From contig OZ245838.1 of NCBI GenBank assembly GCA_965228735.1, positions 3,616,001-3,680,000 of the forward strand: a stretch of 64,000 nt of DNA, in the 5' to 3' direction. This stretch comes from Planctomycetota bacterium. GTDB lineage: Bacteria > Planctomycetota > UBA1135 > UBA2386. Shown piece after piece: positions 19,983-34,744 of this stretch; the stretch's first letter is position 1, and every line of letters begins with the position of its first letter. The position numbers and the translations under genes were made by a program. The notes under the pieces are model-generated. The model made no database searches, had not been told where the DNA came from, and worked only from the letters and a program-made list of their open reading frames with translations.

Positions 19983-20046
19983 GTCTCGGGAAACCCTCGT
20001 CTTGGGAAACCCTCGTCTTGGGAAACCAAGGTCTTGGGAATCCTCG
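19983..20046. repeat. 16-bp tandem repeat GGGAAACC(CTC/AAG)GTCTT, about 4 copies
   Basis: Copies start at 19988, 20004, 20020 and (partial) 20036, in the rpsU/recD2 divergent spacer. Confidence 0.9.
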
Positions 20047-20187
20047 GGTAGCTGGGCTCCGGTCCACGCCGTCGTTGGCGCACACACAGTGGAGCCGTAT
20101 GCTTCCCCCTCGCCTCCCACGAACCTTGAGTCGAAGGGCGAAAGGGGGAGGCACGATAGCGAAACCAGCCCTGAGGGCAATGCCGGG

Positions 20188-22593
20188 ATGCGAACTGAAG
20201 GCTCGAATGCGCCCCCTCCGGGCCCCGGCGTGACCCTCATCGGCACGATCGAGCGCTTCACGTTCCGGAATCCCGATACCGGCTGGGCCGTCGCCCGCCT
20301 CGTCGACGAAGCGTCGGAGGAGCCCCGAACCGTCGTCGGATCGCTGGCTCAACTCGTTGAAGGGCAGAGGATTAAGGTCACCGGCAAGGAGATCCAGCAC
20401 CCTCGCTTCGGGCCTCAGATCGAGGCCGAGACGTTCGAAGCCATCGCGCCGTCGACGACCGCGGGCATCGAGGCCTACCTCGCCTCCGGCCTCGTGAAGG
20501 GCATCGGTCCGGCGACGGCGAAGCGCATCGTCAAGGCGTTCGGCACGGACACCCTGCGGGTCATCGAGGAGGAGCCGCAGCGGCTGCAGGCCGTTCGCGG
20601 GGTCGGCGCGCGCAAGGTCGAGGACCTCGGCGTCGCGATCCGGTCGCAGCGGGACGTGCAGAACGTGCACGTCTTCTTGCGGTCGCACGGCCTCGGCCCC
20701 GGCCTCGCCGCGCGCATCGTGCGACGCTACGGCGCCAACGCGTCGGCGCTGATCGAGGCCAACCCGTTCCGTCTCGCGGACGAGGTCATCGGCATCGGGT
20801 TCCGCACCGCGGACCAGCTCGCGCGCAAGATGGGCATCGCCAGCGAGGCCCCCGAACGCCTCGACGCCGGTCTCGAGTTCGCGCTCACGCAGGCCAGCAA
20901 GGAAGGGCACTGCTTCCTGCCCGAACGCGAACTCGTGGAGCGCACCGCTGCACTGCTTGGTTGCAGCCACGAGGCGCTGCTCGCGCGACTGCCGACGATC
21001 GCCGACGGCGGCCGCATCGTGCGCGAGCACGCACCCGGCCCGACGCTGTTGCACGAGGACGGCCCGGGTCCGGTCGTCTACCCGCGCAAGCTCGCGCTCG
21101 CCGAGGACGGGGTCGCGCGGTCCCTCGATCACCTGCTGCGTCGCCACACCGGCCGCCTGCCGATCCGCGCCGTTCCCGCGATCCAGTGGTTCGAGGACCG
21201 CTCCGGAATGACGCTGCCGCGGGGCCAGAAGGACGCGCTGCTGCGAGCGCTGACCGAACCCCTGTCGATCGTCACGGGCGGTCCGGGCGTCGGCAAGACG
21301 ACGATCGTGCGCGCGCTCGCGCAGATCCTGCGCGAGAAGAACCGACGACTGCTGCTCGCCGCCCCCACCGGCCGCGCCGCGAAACGCCTCGAAGAATCGA
21401 CGGGCCACGCCGCCTCGACGCTGCACCGCCTGCTCGAGTTCACCCCCGGTGTCGGACGTTTCGCGCGCAACGCGGAAGCCCCGCTCGAAGGGGACATGCT
21501 CGTCGTGGACGAGGCGTCGATGCTCGACGTGCAGCTCGCCTACGAGCTCCTGCTCGCGGTGCCGACGTCGATGAAGCTCGTGCTCATCGGCGACCGCAAC
21601 CAGCTGCCGTCCGTTGGGCCAGGGAACGTGCTCGCCGACCTCATCCAGTGCGGCCGCGTCGCCGTGACGGCGCTGACCGAGATCTTCCGGCAACAGAGCG
21701 GCTCCGACATCGTGCGGGTCGCGCACGGCATCCTGCGGGGCGAAGTGCCGGCCGAGCCGCGCGGCCGAACGGCACCCCGGACCGATGACGCGAACGAGGG
21801 CCCGAGCCCTGCCACGAACGACGAAGCGACGGCGCCCACCGACACCGAAGGCTCCACGCCAACCGACCCGGACTTCTACTTCGTGCGTGCCGACGACGGC
21901 CACCAGACGCGACTGCTCATCCGCGAGCTCATCGCGCAGCGCATTCCGCGCCGGTTCGGCCTCGACCCCGTCGACCAGGTGCAGGTGCTGTGCCCGATGT
22001 ATCGCGGCGAGGCCGGCGCCGACAACCTCAACCGCGACCTGCAGGACCTGCTCAACCCGGGCGAGATCGAGGTCGAACGCGGCGGCAAGCGCTACCGCGT
22101 CGGCGACAAGGTCATGCAGATCCGCAACGACTACGATCGCGAGGTCTATAACGGCGACGTCGGGCGGATCACCTACATCGATCCGGGCTCGGCCAAGCTG
22201 TATCTGCGCTTCCCCGAACGCGAGTGCCAATACCGCTTCGAGGACCTCAACGATCTCGTGCCGGCCTACGCGATCTCCGTGCATCGCTCGCAGGGCAGTG
22301 AGTATCCGGCCGTCATCGTCCCGGTCACGACCGACCATTTCCTCATGCTGCGACGGTCCGTGCTCTACACCGCGATCACGCGCGGCAAACGACTCGTCGT
22401 CGTCGTCGGCTCGACGAACGCACTCGAGATGGCTGTCAAGAACGTGGACGACGGCAAGCGCCACTCCGGCCTGGCGGAGCGCGTTCGTGACCTGGCGCGG
22501 CCGAAGGGCGACATTCGCATCGAACGGCCGCTGCCGTCACCTGCCGCCAGGCCGGATCGGCAACCCGGCGGCGATCGAGAGGCTGCGGACTAG
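20188..22593 (+). CDS. recD2: ATP-dependent RecD2-like DNA helicase
   Basis: N-terminal HPRFGPQ, YLASGLVKGIGP, NPFRLA..V.GIGF; Walker A GGPGVGKTT; APTGRAAKR; DEASM; GD..QLPSVG; AYAISVHRSQGSE; YTAITR. Confidence 0.95.
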   Translation: MRTEGSNAPPPGPGVTLIGTIERFTFRNPDTGWAVARLVDEASEEPRTVVGSLAQLVEGQRIKVTGKEIQHPRFGPQIEAETFEAIAPSTTAGIEAYLASGLVKGIGPATAKRIVKAFGTDTLRVIEEEPQRLQAVRGVGARKVEDLGVAIRSQRDVQNVHVFLRSHGLGPGLAARIVRRYGANASALIEANPFRLADEVIGIGFRTADQLARKMGIASEAPERLDAGLEFALTQASKEGHCFLPERELVERTAALLGCSHEALLARLPTIADGGRIVREHAPGPTLLHEDGPGPVVYPRKLALAEDGVARSLDHLLRRHTGRLPIRAVPAIQWFEDRSGMTLPRGQKDALLRALTEPLSIVTGGPGVGKTTIVRALAQILREKNRRLLLAAPTGRAAKRLEESTGHAASTLHRLLEFTPGVGRFARNAEAPLEGDMLVVDEASMLDVQLAYELLLAVPTSMKLVLIGDRNQLPSVGPGNVLADLIQCGRVAVTALTEIFRQQSGSDIVRVAHGILRGEVPAEPRGRTAPRTDDANEGPSPATNDEATAPTDTEGSTPTDPDFYFVRADDGHQTRLLIRELIAQRIPRRFGLDPVDQVQVLCPMYRGEAGADNLNRDLQDLLNPGEIEVERGGKRYRVGDKVMQIRNDYDREVYNGDVGRITYIDPGSAKLYLRFPERECQYRFEDLNDLVPAYAISVHRSQGSEYPAVIVPVTTDHFLMLRRSVLYTAITRGKRLVVVVGSTNALEMAVKNVDDGKRHSGLAERVRDLARPKGDIRIERPLPSPAARPDRQPGGDREAAD

Positions 22594-22629
22594 CCTGGCC
22601 AGGCCAGCTGGCTGGCTTGGGCTGGCTGG

Positions 22630-23511
22630 CTAGAGGCCGAGCGCCGCGTGCACGGCGAGCGTCGCCGAACTCTTGTTCAGCGTGTAGAAGTGCAGACCCG
22701 GCGCACCGGACTCGAGCAGCGCGCGCGCCTGGTCGACCGTCCACTGCACGCCCGTCGCGACGACCGCCGACGCATCGTCCGCCACGATCTTGAGCCGCCG
22801 ATGCAGCTCCTGCGGAATGCGCGAACCGCACATCTTCGTGAAGCGCTCCGTCTGGCCGACGTTCGTCACCGGCATCAACCCGGGCACGATCGGGACCTCG
22901 ATGCCAGCCGCCTTCGCACGCCGCAGGAACGCGCCATATTCCTCGTTGTCGAAGAACAGCTGCGACACGAGGAAGTCGACGCCCTGCTCGACCTTGGTGA
23001 CGAGGTTCTGCAGATCGACATCGAGGTCGCGGTTCTCGACGTGACCCTCGGGGTAACACGCCGCGCCGACGCAGAAGTCGAACCCCTCGTCCCGGATGAA
23101 CTGCACGAGCTCCGACGCGAACGCGAACCCGCCCTCGACCGGCTTGAACTCCGTCTCACCCTTCGGCGGGTCGCCGCGCAGCGCGAGCACGTTCTGGATG
23201 CCCGCCCCCTGCAGCCGACGCAACACCTCGCCGATCTCCTTGCGCGTGCTGCCGACGCAGGTCAGGTGCGCCATCGTCGTCAGCCCGATGTCGCGCTGGA
23301 TCCGGGCCACGAGCTCGAGCGTCCGGTCGCGGGTGCTGCCGCCCGCGCCGTAAGTGACCGAAACGAACGACGGCCGACACGGCCGCAGCTCCTCCACCGT
23401 GCGGTAGAGGTTCTCGACCCCCTCCTCGGTCTTCGGCGGGAAGAACTCGAACGAGATGACGGGGTGCTCGCCCGCGAACAGGCTCGCGATCTTGATCGAC
23501 TCGGAACTCAT
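22630..23511 (-). CDS. metF: Methylenetetrahydrofolate reductase
   Basis: SFEFFPPK, SVTYGAGGS, AHLTC, LALRGD, YPEGH, QLFFD, HFYTLN. Confidence 0.97.
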   Translation of the reverse strand: MSSESIKIASLFAGEHPVISFEFFPPKTEEGVENLYRTVEELRPCRPSFVSVTYGAGGSTRDRTLELVARIQRDIGLTTMAHLTCVGSTRKEIGEVLRRLQGAGIQNVLALRGDPPKGETEFKPVEGGFAFASELVQFIRDEGFDFCVGAACYPEGHVENRDLDVDLQNLVTKVEQGVDFLVSQLFFDNEEYGAFLRRAKAAGIEVPIVPGLMPVTNVGQTERFTKMCGSRIPQELHRRLKIVADDASAVVATGVQWTVDQARALLESGAPGLHFYTLNKSSATLAVHAALGL

Positions 23512-23585
23512 GGCAGAACGGCGCGCATGGGAGCCCAGCGCTCCTGTGACAACAGCAGTGTGCCCCCAGCGGCGGCCCGGGCACG

Positions 23586-23631
23586 AAAAAAGCGCCCATC
23601 CCGGCAGGCGAGGAGCCTGAGGATGGGCGCT
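23586..23631 (-). terminator. Rho-independent terminator of the rRNA operon
   Basis: Minus strand AGCGCCCATCC...GGATGGGCGCT followed by a T-run, immediately after the 5S gene. Confidence 0.85.
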
Positions 23632-23639
23632 GAAGAATG

Positions 23640-23749
23640 ACCCGGCGCTGACCTACTTTCGCACAGAGCACTATCATCGGCCCTGGCTGCTTGACTGCCG
23701 TGTTCGGAATGGGAACGGGTATTTCCAGCCAGGTATGGGCACCGGGAGA
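23640..23749 (-). rRNA. rrf: 5S rRNA (short, about 109 nt)
   Basis: Contains CCCGTTCCCATTCCGAACACG...GATGATAG...AAGTAGGTCAGCGCCGGG; ends approximate. Confidence 0.93.
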
Positions 23750-23897
23750 CGCATTGAGACCGCGATGGGGATCGCGGCGCTGTCCGTCAGGGTGCACGGC
23801 TGCTGCCGGCACGCGCTCACGAACGAGCGCAACTCGCGCTCAGGAAGAGAGACCGCTGGGGGTCTTCGAGTCCACTTGAAGTGGAATAAAAATAAAT

Positions 23898-26823
<2,926 letters not shown>

Positions 26824-27103
26824 ATTCTCACTCGAGATCCTCAACGATCTCTCTTCCTGAACCCGAGTTGTCAAAGAACAGCGCGCCTTCACCTGCGATC
26901 GGCACCTGACGGCACCGGGCAGTTTGAGAAGGCGCTAGGCGCTTCTCTCTCGACCGGGGACAGTCGCTGCATGGCAGCAGGTCCTCCGAGAAGAGAAAGT
27001 AGGGTGGCCTCGAAAAGACTCGCGCGTGAGTCCTGTGATTGCACATCGAGCGATGACCGGCGAACCCGAAGGTCCACCCGCGCCGCTCGCGGCAACTTTC
27101 CTT

Positions 27104-28661
<1,558 letters not shown>

Positions 28662-28882
28662 ATGAGTTCATCCATTTCTTCTTGTCGCGATCACGACCGG
28701 CACGCGCCTCTCGACGCCCGCCAACCGCGATCCAGCTGACCGACACGGACGCTGCGACACACCTCCAGCCAACCGAGAGCCCAGACCCGAAGGCCTGCAC
28801 CAACTGCTGCTCGAAGTGCCCGTCACAACGTGACTTCCGTGTCAGCTCTTGCTCACACGCTTGCTTTCGAGGCCACCCAGAA

Positions 28883-28963
28883 TGTCAAAGATCGGCACCG
28901 GAAAAGCACTTGGCTCCGGTGCGAAAGGGCGGCCTAAGCTACAGAGCGCGAAGGCGCTTGCAA
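28883..28963 (-). promoter_or_regulatory. rRNA operon sigma70-type promoter and boxA-like antiterminator
   Basis: Minus strand TTGCAA (28963-28958), 16 nt, TAGCTT (28941-28936). BoxA-like GATCTTTGACA at 28893-28883; a second TGTTCTTTGACAA in the ITS at 26880-26868. Confidence 0.65.
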
Positions 28964-29032
28964 GACTTCCCTCGGCTATTTTTTGGCCAAGCCGAAGTCA
29001 AGTCATCGCAATGAGTTCCGGCGAGGGCCCGA

Positions 29033-30337
29033 CTACCGCAGGGCGTCGATTCGGGCCGCCCGTTCGGGATTCCCGGCGCGGACCCTGGTCAACTCTCCAC
29101 CGGCCGGGAGCCGGCGTTCGAAGGTGTCGATGGCGCGGCCATCGAGGTCGGTCGCGCGAAAACGCAGCACCGAGCTCTCGATCTCGACGGCGCACCAGTG
29201 GTAACTGCTTTCGAAGGCGACCCCTCCGGCTCTCTTGAACCAGCCGACGTCGATCTCGTAGAGGCTCTTCCCGCCGCCCCCACTCACGACGAGCGGCACG
29301 CTCCGGGGCTCGCCCGGCGAACTCTCGAACCGCTGGTAGCAGTGATCGTGGCCGGCCAGGTACAGGCTCACGCCGAACTCCTCGAGGAGCGGAACCAGAT
29401 CGACGAGGAAGTCCGGTCGGTCGCGCTGTCGCGAGGCGCTGCGGATCGGGTAGTGGGTCGCGACGATGACCCAGGGTTCGGAGCGCGTCGTGAGCTCGTG
29501 CCGCAGGAAGCGGTAGCTCGGGTGCCCGGGCTCGAACCGGCCGTTGACCGCGTACTCGGTCGTGCAGTCGAGGCAGATCACGCGCAAGGGACCGTACGCA
29601 AACGAGTAGCACCGGCCATCACCGGTCGTCGCGCCAACCGGCAGGGCCAGGTTCGCCAGGGTCTGCAGCCCGCCGGTGTCCTTGACGTCGTGGTTGCCGA
29701 GCGCGGGATAGAACGGCGCGTCGGCAAGCACGGCCGCGAACGGCCGGAAGAACGCCGACGAGTACCGTCCGTGCCGACCCTTGGGGTAGACGATGTCGCC
29801 GAGATGGAGCACGAACGCCGGGTCGGCTGCCGCGATCGCGTCACCCATGGCCGCGACCCGGCCGCGCGGCGGCAGCCAGTGCCAGCGCGCGGGCAGATGG
29901 AACAGCGGCGCGTTCTGCAGCCAGACCCACCACGGCTGGGCACCGGAGTCGCCGAGGAGTGCGAACCGAACGGGGGCCTCGTCGCCGAGCGGGGTGGTGC
30001 GCAGCGTGCCGGAACCGAGCGGGCCGAGTTCGCCCCCCGCGGCATCGCGCTCCGTGACCTCGTACCGGTAGACCGCCCCGGCCTCGAGCCCGTCGAAGCG
30101 CAGCCGGTGGCGCCGGCGGCCGGCGGACACGGCCGCCGCCGCGACCTTGCCGTCAGCGTCGATCGCCCGGGCATGCACCGAGGTCGGCGCCGCCGTCACG
30201 ATCGCGACGGTCGCGCCCGTCGGCGTCACGTTCTGCAGATACGGCGCGGTCCAGAGCGGCGGCGTGGGCAGTACCGGCACCCAGAGGATCGCGAAGGCCA
30301 GGACCCATAGCAGGCGGCGAACGAGGCGTTTGCGCAC
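29033..30337 (-). CDS. Purple-acid-phosphatase-like metallophosphoesterase with FN3-type domain
   Basis: GDSG, HLGDIVY, GNHD, THYP, GHDH motifs; N-terminal hydrophobic anchor, PYLQ and GLEAG..Y.YEV. Confidence 0.88.
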   Translation of the reverse strand: MRKRLVRRLLWVLAFAILWVPVLPTPPLWTAPYLQNVTPTGATVAIVTAAPTSVHARAIDADGKVAAAAVSAGRRRHRLRFDGLEAGAVYRYEVTERDAAGGELGPLGSGTLRTTPLGDEAPVRFALLGDSGAQPWWVWLQNAPLFHLPARWHWLPPRGRVAAMGDAIAAADPAFVLHLGDIVYPKGRHGRYSSAFFRPFAAVLADAPFYPALGNHDVKDTGGLQTLANLALPVGATTGDGRCYSFAYGPLRVICLDCTTEYAVNGRFEPGHPSYRFLRHELTTRSEPWVIVATHYPIRSASRQRDRPDFLVDLVPLLEEFGVSLYLAGHDHCYQRFESSPGEPRSVPLVVSGGGGKSLYEIDVGWFKRAGGVAFESSYHWCAVEIESSVLRFRATDLDGRAIDTFERRLPAGGELTRVRAGNPERAARIDALR

Positions 30338-30468
30338 CCTGCCGTTCTAGGGTCTCGCCGGCGGCTGCAAAAGGCGATTAGGTGGGCCGTCGAGGCATCC
30401 GCGGCCGCCCGCCGCCCTCCGCGCGGGGCATCGCCGAGTCGCGGCAGGGACGGGGGCCGGCGCCCCGA

Positions 30469-30831
30469 TCAGGCGTGCCGGCAGACCACCCGCGTCGTGA
30501 TCCCGCCCCGAACGAACCAGTCCGCCGTGATCACGAGCCGGCGCGGCTGCAGCAGCGCGACGAGGTCGTCGCAGATGTCGTTCGTGACCTTCTCGTGGAA
30601 CGCGCCGACGTTGCGGAAGCTCCAGAGATAGAGCTTGAGACTCTTGAGCTCGACGCAGATCTCGCCCGGCACGTACTCGATGACGAGCTTGGCGAAGTCC
30701 GGTTGGCCGGTCTTGGGGCAGACGCAGGTGAACTCCGGGCAGTCGAGCCGGATCTCGTAGTCGCGGGCGGGCTTCGGGTTGGGGAACGTCTCGAGGACGC
30801 TGACGTCGTGCGGGGCGGGCTCGGCGGCCAT
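30469..30831 (-). CDS. queF: NADPH-dependent preQ0 reductase (type I)
   Basis: [36 protein letters not shown]. Confidence 0.95.
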   Translation of the reverse strand: MAAEPAPHDVSVLETFPNPKPARDYEIRLDCPEFTCVCPKTGQPDFAKLVIEYVPGEICVELKSLKLYLWSFRNVGAFHEKVTNDICDDLVALLQPRRLVITADWFVRGGITTRVVCRHA

Positions 30832-30909
30832 CGCGGCAGCGAAGCACGCCGGCGGCCTCGCGACAAGCCTCGACTCGCTGCGACGAGAAGGACGCGGTGG
30901 CCCCGAGCC

Positions 30910-32016
30910 TCAATCGCGCGCCGGCACCGCAAGCGGGTGGCCGGCGACGGCGCGGCCGGACTCGAACCCGAACGCCATGCAGACCGGCCCGTCCGGGTGG
31001 GCGCACCGCCGCGAGCGGCAGGGCCGGCACTCGGGAGGCTCGGGATGGACGAGCACGCGGGCCGTGACCGGCGCGGTGCGCGCCGGGTCCTGCGGTCCGT
31101 AGACGACGTCGACCGCGGCGCCGGTCGCGGCGAGCACGTGGCTGGCGCCCTGGTCCGGCCCGATCACGCGACCGCCCGCAGCGGCGACGAGAGCGCCGAG
31201 CGCGACGAGTCGGCGCACCGCGCCGCGCGCGTGACGAACGACGGCCACCGGCGCGGGGGCGTTCGGCTGCGGGCCTGGTGACCCGGCCCGACGATCGAGC
31301 TGCAGCGGAGACCAGGCACTGCCCGGCAGCGTCGCCTCCGAGGGCCCGAGCAACAACACGACGGGCATGCCGAGAGCCTGCATCTGTTCGACCCGGGCTG
31401 CGACGTGCACGGGGCGCAGCGCCCGCGGATCGGCGGGGTCGGTGAGCACGATCACTTCGAACGGTCGCCGCGCGTCGACGCCAGCAGCTGCCAACGCCGC
31501 GCGTTCGGCGTCGATCTCGGCCACTGTTGCGACGAGACGCGGCGCGGCGACATCGCCAGCCGGTCCTGCCGGCCCGCTCGCGAGCACCTCGCGCACCAGC
31601 GCGAGCGCAGTGCGCGCCGGGTGCGGCGGACCAGGGACCGTGATCGCGCGCCGCAAGAGGACCCGACTGGCGGGTTCCTGGCGCGCCTCGGCCGCCGCTC
31701 CGATCCGGTCGCGCGCGCCGCTGAGCCGAGCGACCAACGCACTCTTCCAGTTGCCCTGCAGGTCGATCGCGATGTCGAACGGCCCGGCCGCGCGCATGGC
31801 CCGGCGCAGTCGCCACAGCCCCCGCAGTCCACCGGAACGGTCGAACGTGACGACGTCGTCGACGCCGGGCAGCCCAACGAGCAGCGGCGCGTTCTCGACC
31901 TGCGTGACGAACGTGAACGACCAGTCGGGCCGCGCTGCGTGCAGCGCGGCGACGGCGCCGAGGCCGTGCACGAGGTCGCCCATTGCCGACAGTCGGATCA
32001 ACAGTACCGACGTCAT
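30910..32016 (-). CDS. Glycosyltransferase family 9 (heptosyltransferase-like)
   Basis: LLIRLSAMGDLVH, FDIAIDLQG..KS, GPDQGASHVLAA, YGP, C.PC....C. Confidence 0.88.
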   Translation of the reverse strand: MTSVLLIRLSAMGDLVHGLGAVAALHAARPDWSFTFVTQVENAPLLVGLPGVDDVVTFDRSGGLRGLWRLRRAMRAAGPFDIAIDLQGNWKSALVARLSGARDRIGAAAEARQEPASRVLLRRAITVPGPPHPARTALALVREVLASGPAGPAGDVAAPRLVATVAEIDAERAALAAAGVDARRPFEVIVLTDPADPRALRPVHVAARVEQMQALGMPVVLLLGPSEATLPGSAWSPLQLDRRAGSPGPQPNAPAPVAVVRHARGAVRRLVALGALVAAAGGRVIGPDQGASHVLAATGAAVDVVYGPQDPARTAPVTARVLVHPEPPECRPCRSRRCAHPDGPVCMAFGFESGRAVAGHPLAVPARD

Positions 32017-32029
32017 GGTGCACGCGGGG

Positions 32030-33550
32030 TCAGGGTTGCCGTTCGTGCAGGACGAACGTGACGCGCGCCGAACAGAACCAAGCGCGTTCGACGTAGCCGG
32101 CCGGCAGGGCGCGCGTCAGTCCGCCGTGACTCGTGATGAGCCACCGCGCCGTCGGATCCGCGCGGCAGAACTCGTCGCCCGGCACGATGAGATCGGCCGC
32201 GAGCAGCATCTTGCTGTCGACGTGACCCCACGTGTGCACCGCGTCCGCGATGCCGCGACGCTCCAGTTCGGCGCGCACGAGTTCGCCGACCGGCGCGGCG
32301 GCGCGGGTCGTGTGGCGATAGGTCAGGGCGCGGTCGAGCCCGACCGTCCACGCGATGACCAGGGGCATCGCGAGCGCGAACGCGACGAGGCGCATCGGCG
32401 TCAACACGAGGCCGTGCGCGACCCCGAGGACTCCGAGCGCGCCCGCGATCGCGAGGCCGCTCGCGTCGAAGTAGAACGGCAGCGCGATCAACCCGCCCGC
32501 CGCGAGCAACCCCAGGACCCGCAGCACCCGACGCGAGAAGATTCCGAGCGCGCGCGCCTGGCTCGCGAAGTGCGCGACCGCGGGCGCGACCGCGAAGATG
32601 AAGAGCGGGACGTTCGGCAGCAGATAGCGCGTCGGACGGCCCGGGAAGAACGTCAGGATCGCGATCGCGAACACCGCGGCGCCGCTGCACATGCGCAGCA
32701 TGAGATCCGCGTCGTCCATGCGCGCATCGCGGCGACCGCGCCATTCCCAGAAACACCACAGGACGAGCGGCAGCTGCACGAACACGGCGCGCCCCCAGAA
32801 GACGGGCGTCTTCGCGAGGTGCTCCCAACGGAACCCGCCGATCCGCCCGACCGTCTCCTGCTGCGCCACGGCGAGCATCTCGCTCGGGGAGACGTGCCAC
32901 AGGAAGAACGGGACGTAGTAGCACGCCGGAACGAGGAGCAGCGGCGCGAAGTGGTGCAGCGCGTGCTGCAGACCACGACGGCGAAACCACACGAGGTACG
33001 CGCCGCCCGCGAACACGAAGTAGGGCGGCCCCTTCTGCAGCAGCGCGAGCCCGCCGAGAACGCCGGACGCCAGAACGAGCGCGCCGCGTTCCCTCGCGAT
33101 CCCGACCGCGAGGCACCACAGCGACGTCGCGGTGAGCGCAGCGAACATCGGATCGATCTCGGCCGTGCCCCACTCGAACAACGCAATCGGCGAACAGACG
33201 ACACCGAGGGCTCCGACCCAGCCCGCGCCGGGGCCGAACGTCCGCCGCAGGAAGACCATCGCGAGCAGGGCCGTGAAGAACAGCGCGAGCACCGCCGGCA
33301 TCCGCATGAGCCAGGTCGAGTGCCCGAAGAGCTCGCTGAGGCCGCCCAGCGTCCAATAGTGCAGCGGCGGCTTCGCGAGCGTCGGCTCCGCGCCGTAGAG
33401 CGGCACCATCCACTCACCTTGCTGCGCCATCTCGAGCGCGATCTGGATCCGCCGGCCCTCGGTGCCGCGCATGTCGGCCATCAGCAGCTGCGGCAGGCAC
33501 GCGAAGAGCGTGAACAACAGCAGGATCAGCGCGCGACCGAGCGCGTTCAC
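32030..33550 (-). CDS. ArnT-like GT-C glycosyltransferase
   Basis: TEGRR...A.EM...G.W.VP, KPPLHYW, RMPA, LQKGP, RYLLP; about 13 TM segments. GTG start overlaps the upstream stop. Confidence 0.88.
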   Translation of the reverse strand: MNALGRALILLLFTLFACLPQLLMADMRGTEGRRIQIALEMAQQGEWMVPLYGAEPTLAKPPLHYWTLGGLSELFGHSTWLMRMPAVLALFFTALLAMVFLRRTFGPGAGWVGALGVVCSPIALFEWGTAEIDPMFAALTATSLWCLAVGIARERGALVLASGVLGGLALLQKGPPYFVFAGGAYLVWFRRRGLQHALHHFAPLLLVPACYYVPFFLWHVSPSEMLAVAQQETVGRIGGFRWEHLAKTPVFWGRAVFVQLPLVLWCFWEWRGRRDARMDDADLMLRMCSGAAVFAIAILTFFPGRPTRYLLPNVPLFIFAVAPAVAHFASQARALGIFSRRVLRVLGLLAAGGLIALPFYFDASGLAIAGALGVLGVAHGLVLTPMRLVAFALAMPLVIAWTVGLDRALTYRHTTRAAAPVGELVRAELERRGIADAVHTWGHVDSKMLLAADLIVPGDEFCRADPTARWLITSHGGLTRALPAGYVERAWFCSARVTFVLHERQP

Positions 33551-33867
33551 GAGCCCGCCGCCATGTCGGGATCGGCGTTGCGAACGTTGCGGATCAGCCA
33601 CAGGTTGCGCGCGTAGATCCCGGCCCCGGTCGCCTGGCCGAGGATGAACACCGGGTCGAGGCGGTAGATCGCGTAGGCCAGCATCAGCAGGCCGCCCGAG
33701 ATGCTGAGCCACCAGAACGCGATCGGCATCACGCTGCGTTTCGCGCGTTCGCTCGCGACCCACTGCACGAAGAAGCGCGATGCGAACACGGCCTGACCAC
33801 CGTAGCCGATGACCCACCAATACCACGGCGTCGACTCGACGACGCCGTCGACGAGGCTCGACAACAT
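33547..33867 (-). CDS. Lipid A biosynthesis N-terminal domain (LAB_N) membrane protein
   Basis: IGYGGQAVFASRFFVQWVASERAKRSVMPIAFWWLSISGG...YAI...DPVFILGQ...IYARNL. Confidence 0.92.
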   Translation of the reverse strand: MLSSLVDGVVESTPWYWWVIGYGGQAVFASRFFVQWVASERAKRSVMPIAFWWLSISGGLLMLAYAIYRLDPVFILGQATGAGIYARNLWLIRNVRNADPDMAAGS

Positions 33868-34610
33868 CACATCTCCTCCTCGACCCGGTGCAGCAGCACC
33901 CGAGTGCGCAACCAGCGCACGGCGAAGCAGTCGCGCAAACCGCGCAACATGCGGTTGCCGATGCCGTACTTGGCCGTGCCGGCGTGGCGCGGCCGATGAT
34001 TGACGTCGACCTCGGCGATCCGGCCGCCGAGGTAGCGCACGAGCGTCGCCATGAAGCGGTGCATGCCGACGAACCGCGGCGCGCGCAGGAAGTACTCGCG
34101 GCGGACCGCCTTGATCCCGCACGCCGCGTCCTTGATCGCATCGCCGGTGATCCAATTGCGGACGCGGTTCCCCACCCGCGACGACAGCCGTCGGACCCAG
34201 GTGTCGCGCCGCTGAGCGCGCACGCCGAAGACGCCGTCGACCTCGCCAGCTTCGATCCGCGCGATCATCGCCGGAATGTCCGCCGGGTCGTTCTGCATGT
34301 CGCCGTCGATCGTCGCCACGATCGGCGCGGCGGCGCACTCGACGCCGGCCATGACCGCCGCGCTCTGACCGACGTTCTGCGCGAGCTTGACGATGCGCAG
34401 CCAGCCGGCGTCGTGCGCCGCCTTCCATTCGCGCATCCGCGCGAGGCTCCGGTCGCGGCTGCCGTCGTCGACGGCGAGCACCTCGCACGGTCCGTTCGGC
34501 AGCAGCACGGCCGCGAGCTCGTCGAGCAGGTCGTCGATATTCTCCTCTTCGTCGTGGATCGGCACGACGAGCGAGAAACGCGGAGGCGCTGGCGGTCGGA
34601 CTTCGGGCAT
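33867..34610 (-). CDS. GT2 polyprenyl-phosphate glycosyltransferase (ArnC/DPM1/RgtE-like)
   Basis: SLVVPIHDE, VDDGSRD, NVGQSAA, TIDGDMQNDP, D..CG.K, GMHRF, VNHRPR.AG..KYG. Confidence 0.92.
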   Translation of the reverse strand: MPEVRPPAPPRFSLVVPIHDEEENIDDLLDELAAVLLPNGPCEVLAVDDGSRDRSLARMREWKAAHDAGWLRIVKLAQNVGQSAAVMAGVECAAAPIVATIDGDMQNDPADIPAMIARIEAGEVDGVFGVRAQRRDTWVRRLSSRVGNRVRNWITGDAIKDAACGIKAVRREYFLRAPRFVGMHRFMATLVRYLGGRIAEVDVNHRPRHAGTAKYGIGNRMLRGLRDCFAVRWLRTRVLLHRVEEEM

Positions 34611-34744
34611 CTGCGAGCGGCGGCAGGATACCGCCAGCCGCGCGCCAGCGCGAACGTGCGGCGAGCGTGCTCGCGCTCTTCTGGCGCGAATCCGCGTGAA
34701 CCTTGCCTTCGCTCAGCACCGTCGCATGATGGGCGCGCGATCGC

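Noticed and set aside
19498..22464. 988-aa ORF ending in bS21
   Set aside because: The upstream part is the stop-free antisense frame of recD2, a high-GC artefact. rpsU starts at 19932.
23512..23585. SAM riboswitch upstream of metF
   Set aside because: Only about 70 nt lie between the rRNA terminator and the start codon, with no recognisable SAM aptamer motifs.
26824..27103. tRNA-Ile/Ala in the ITS
   Set aside because: No GTTCRA T-loop or acceptor stem is visible on the minus strand.
30832..30909. preQ1 riboswitch upstream of queF
   Set aside because: No GGTTC-type loop or A-rich tail; the spacer is GC-rich and looks operon-internal.
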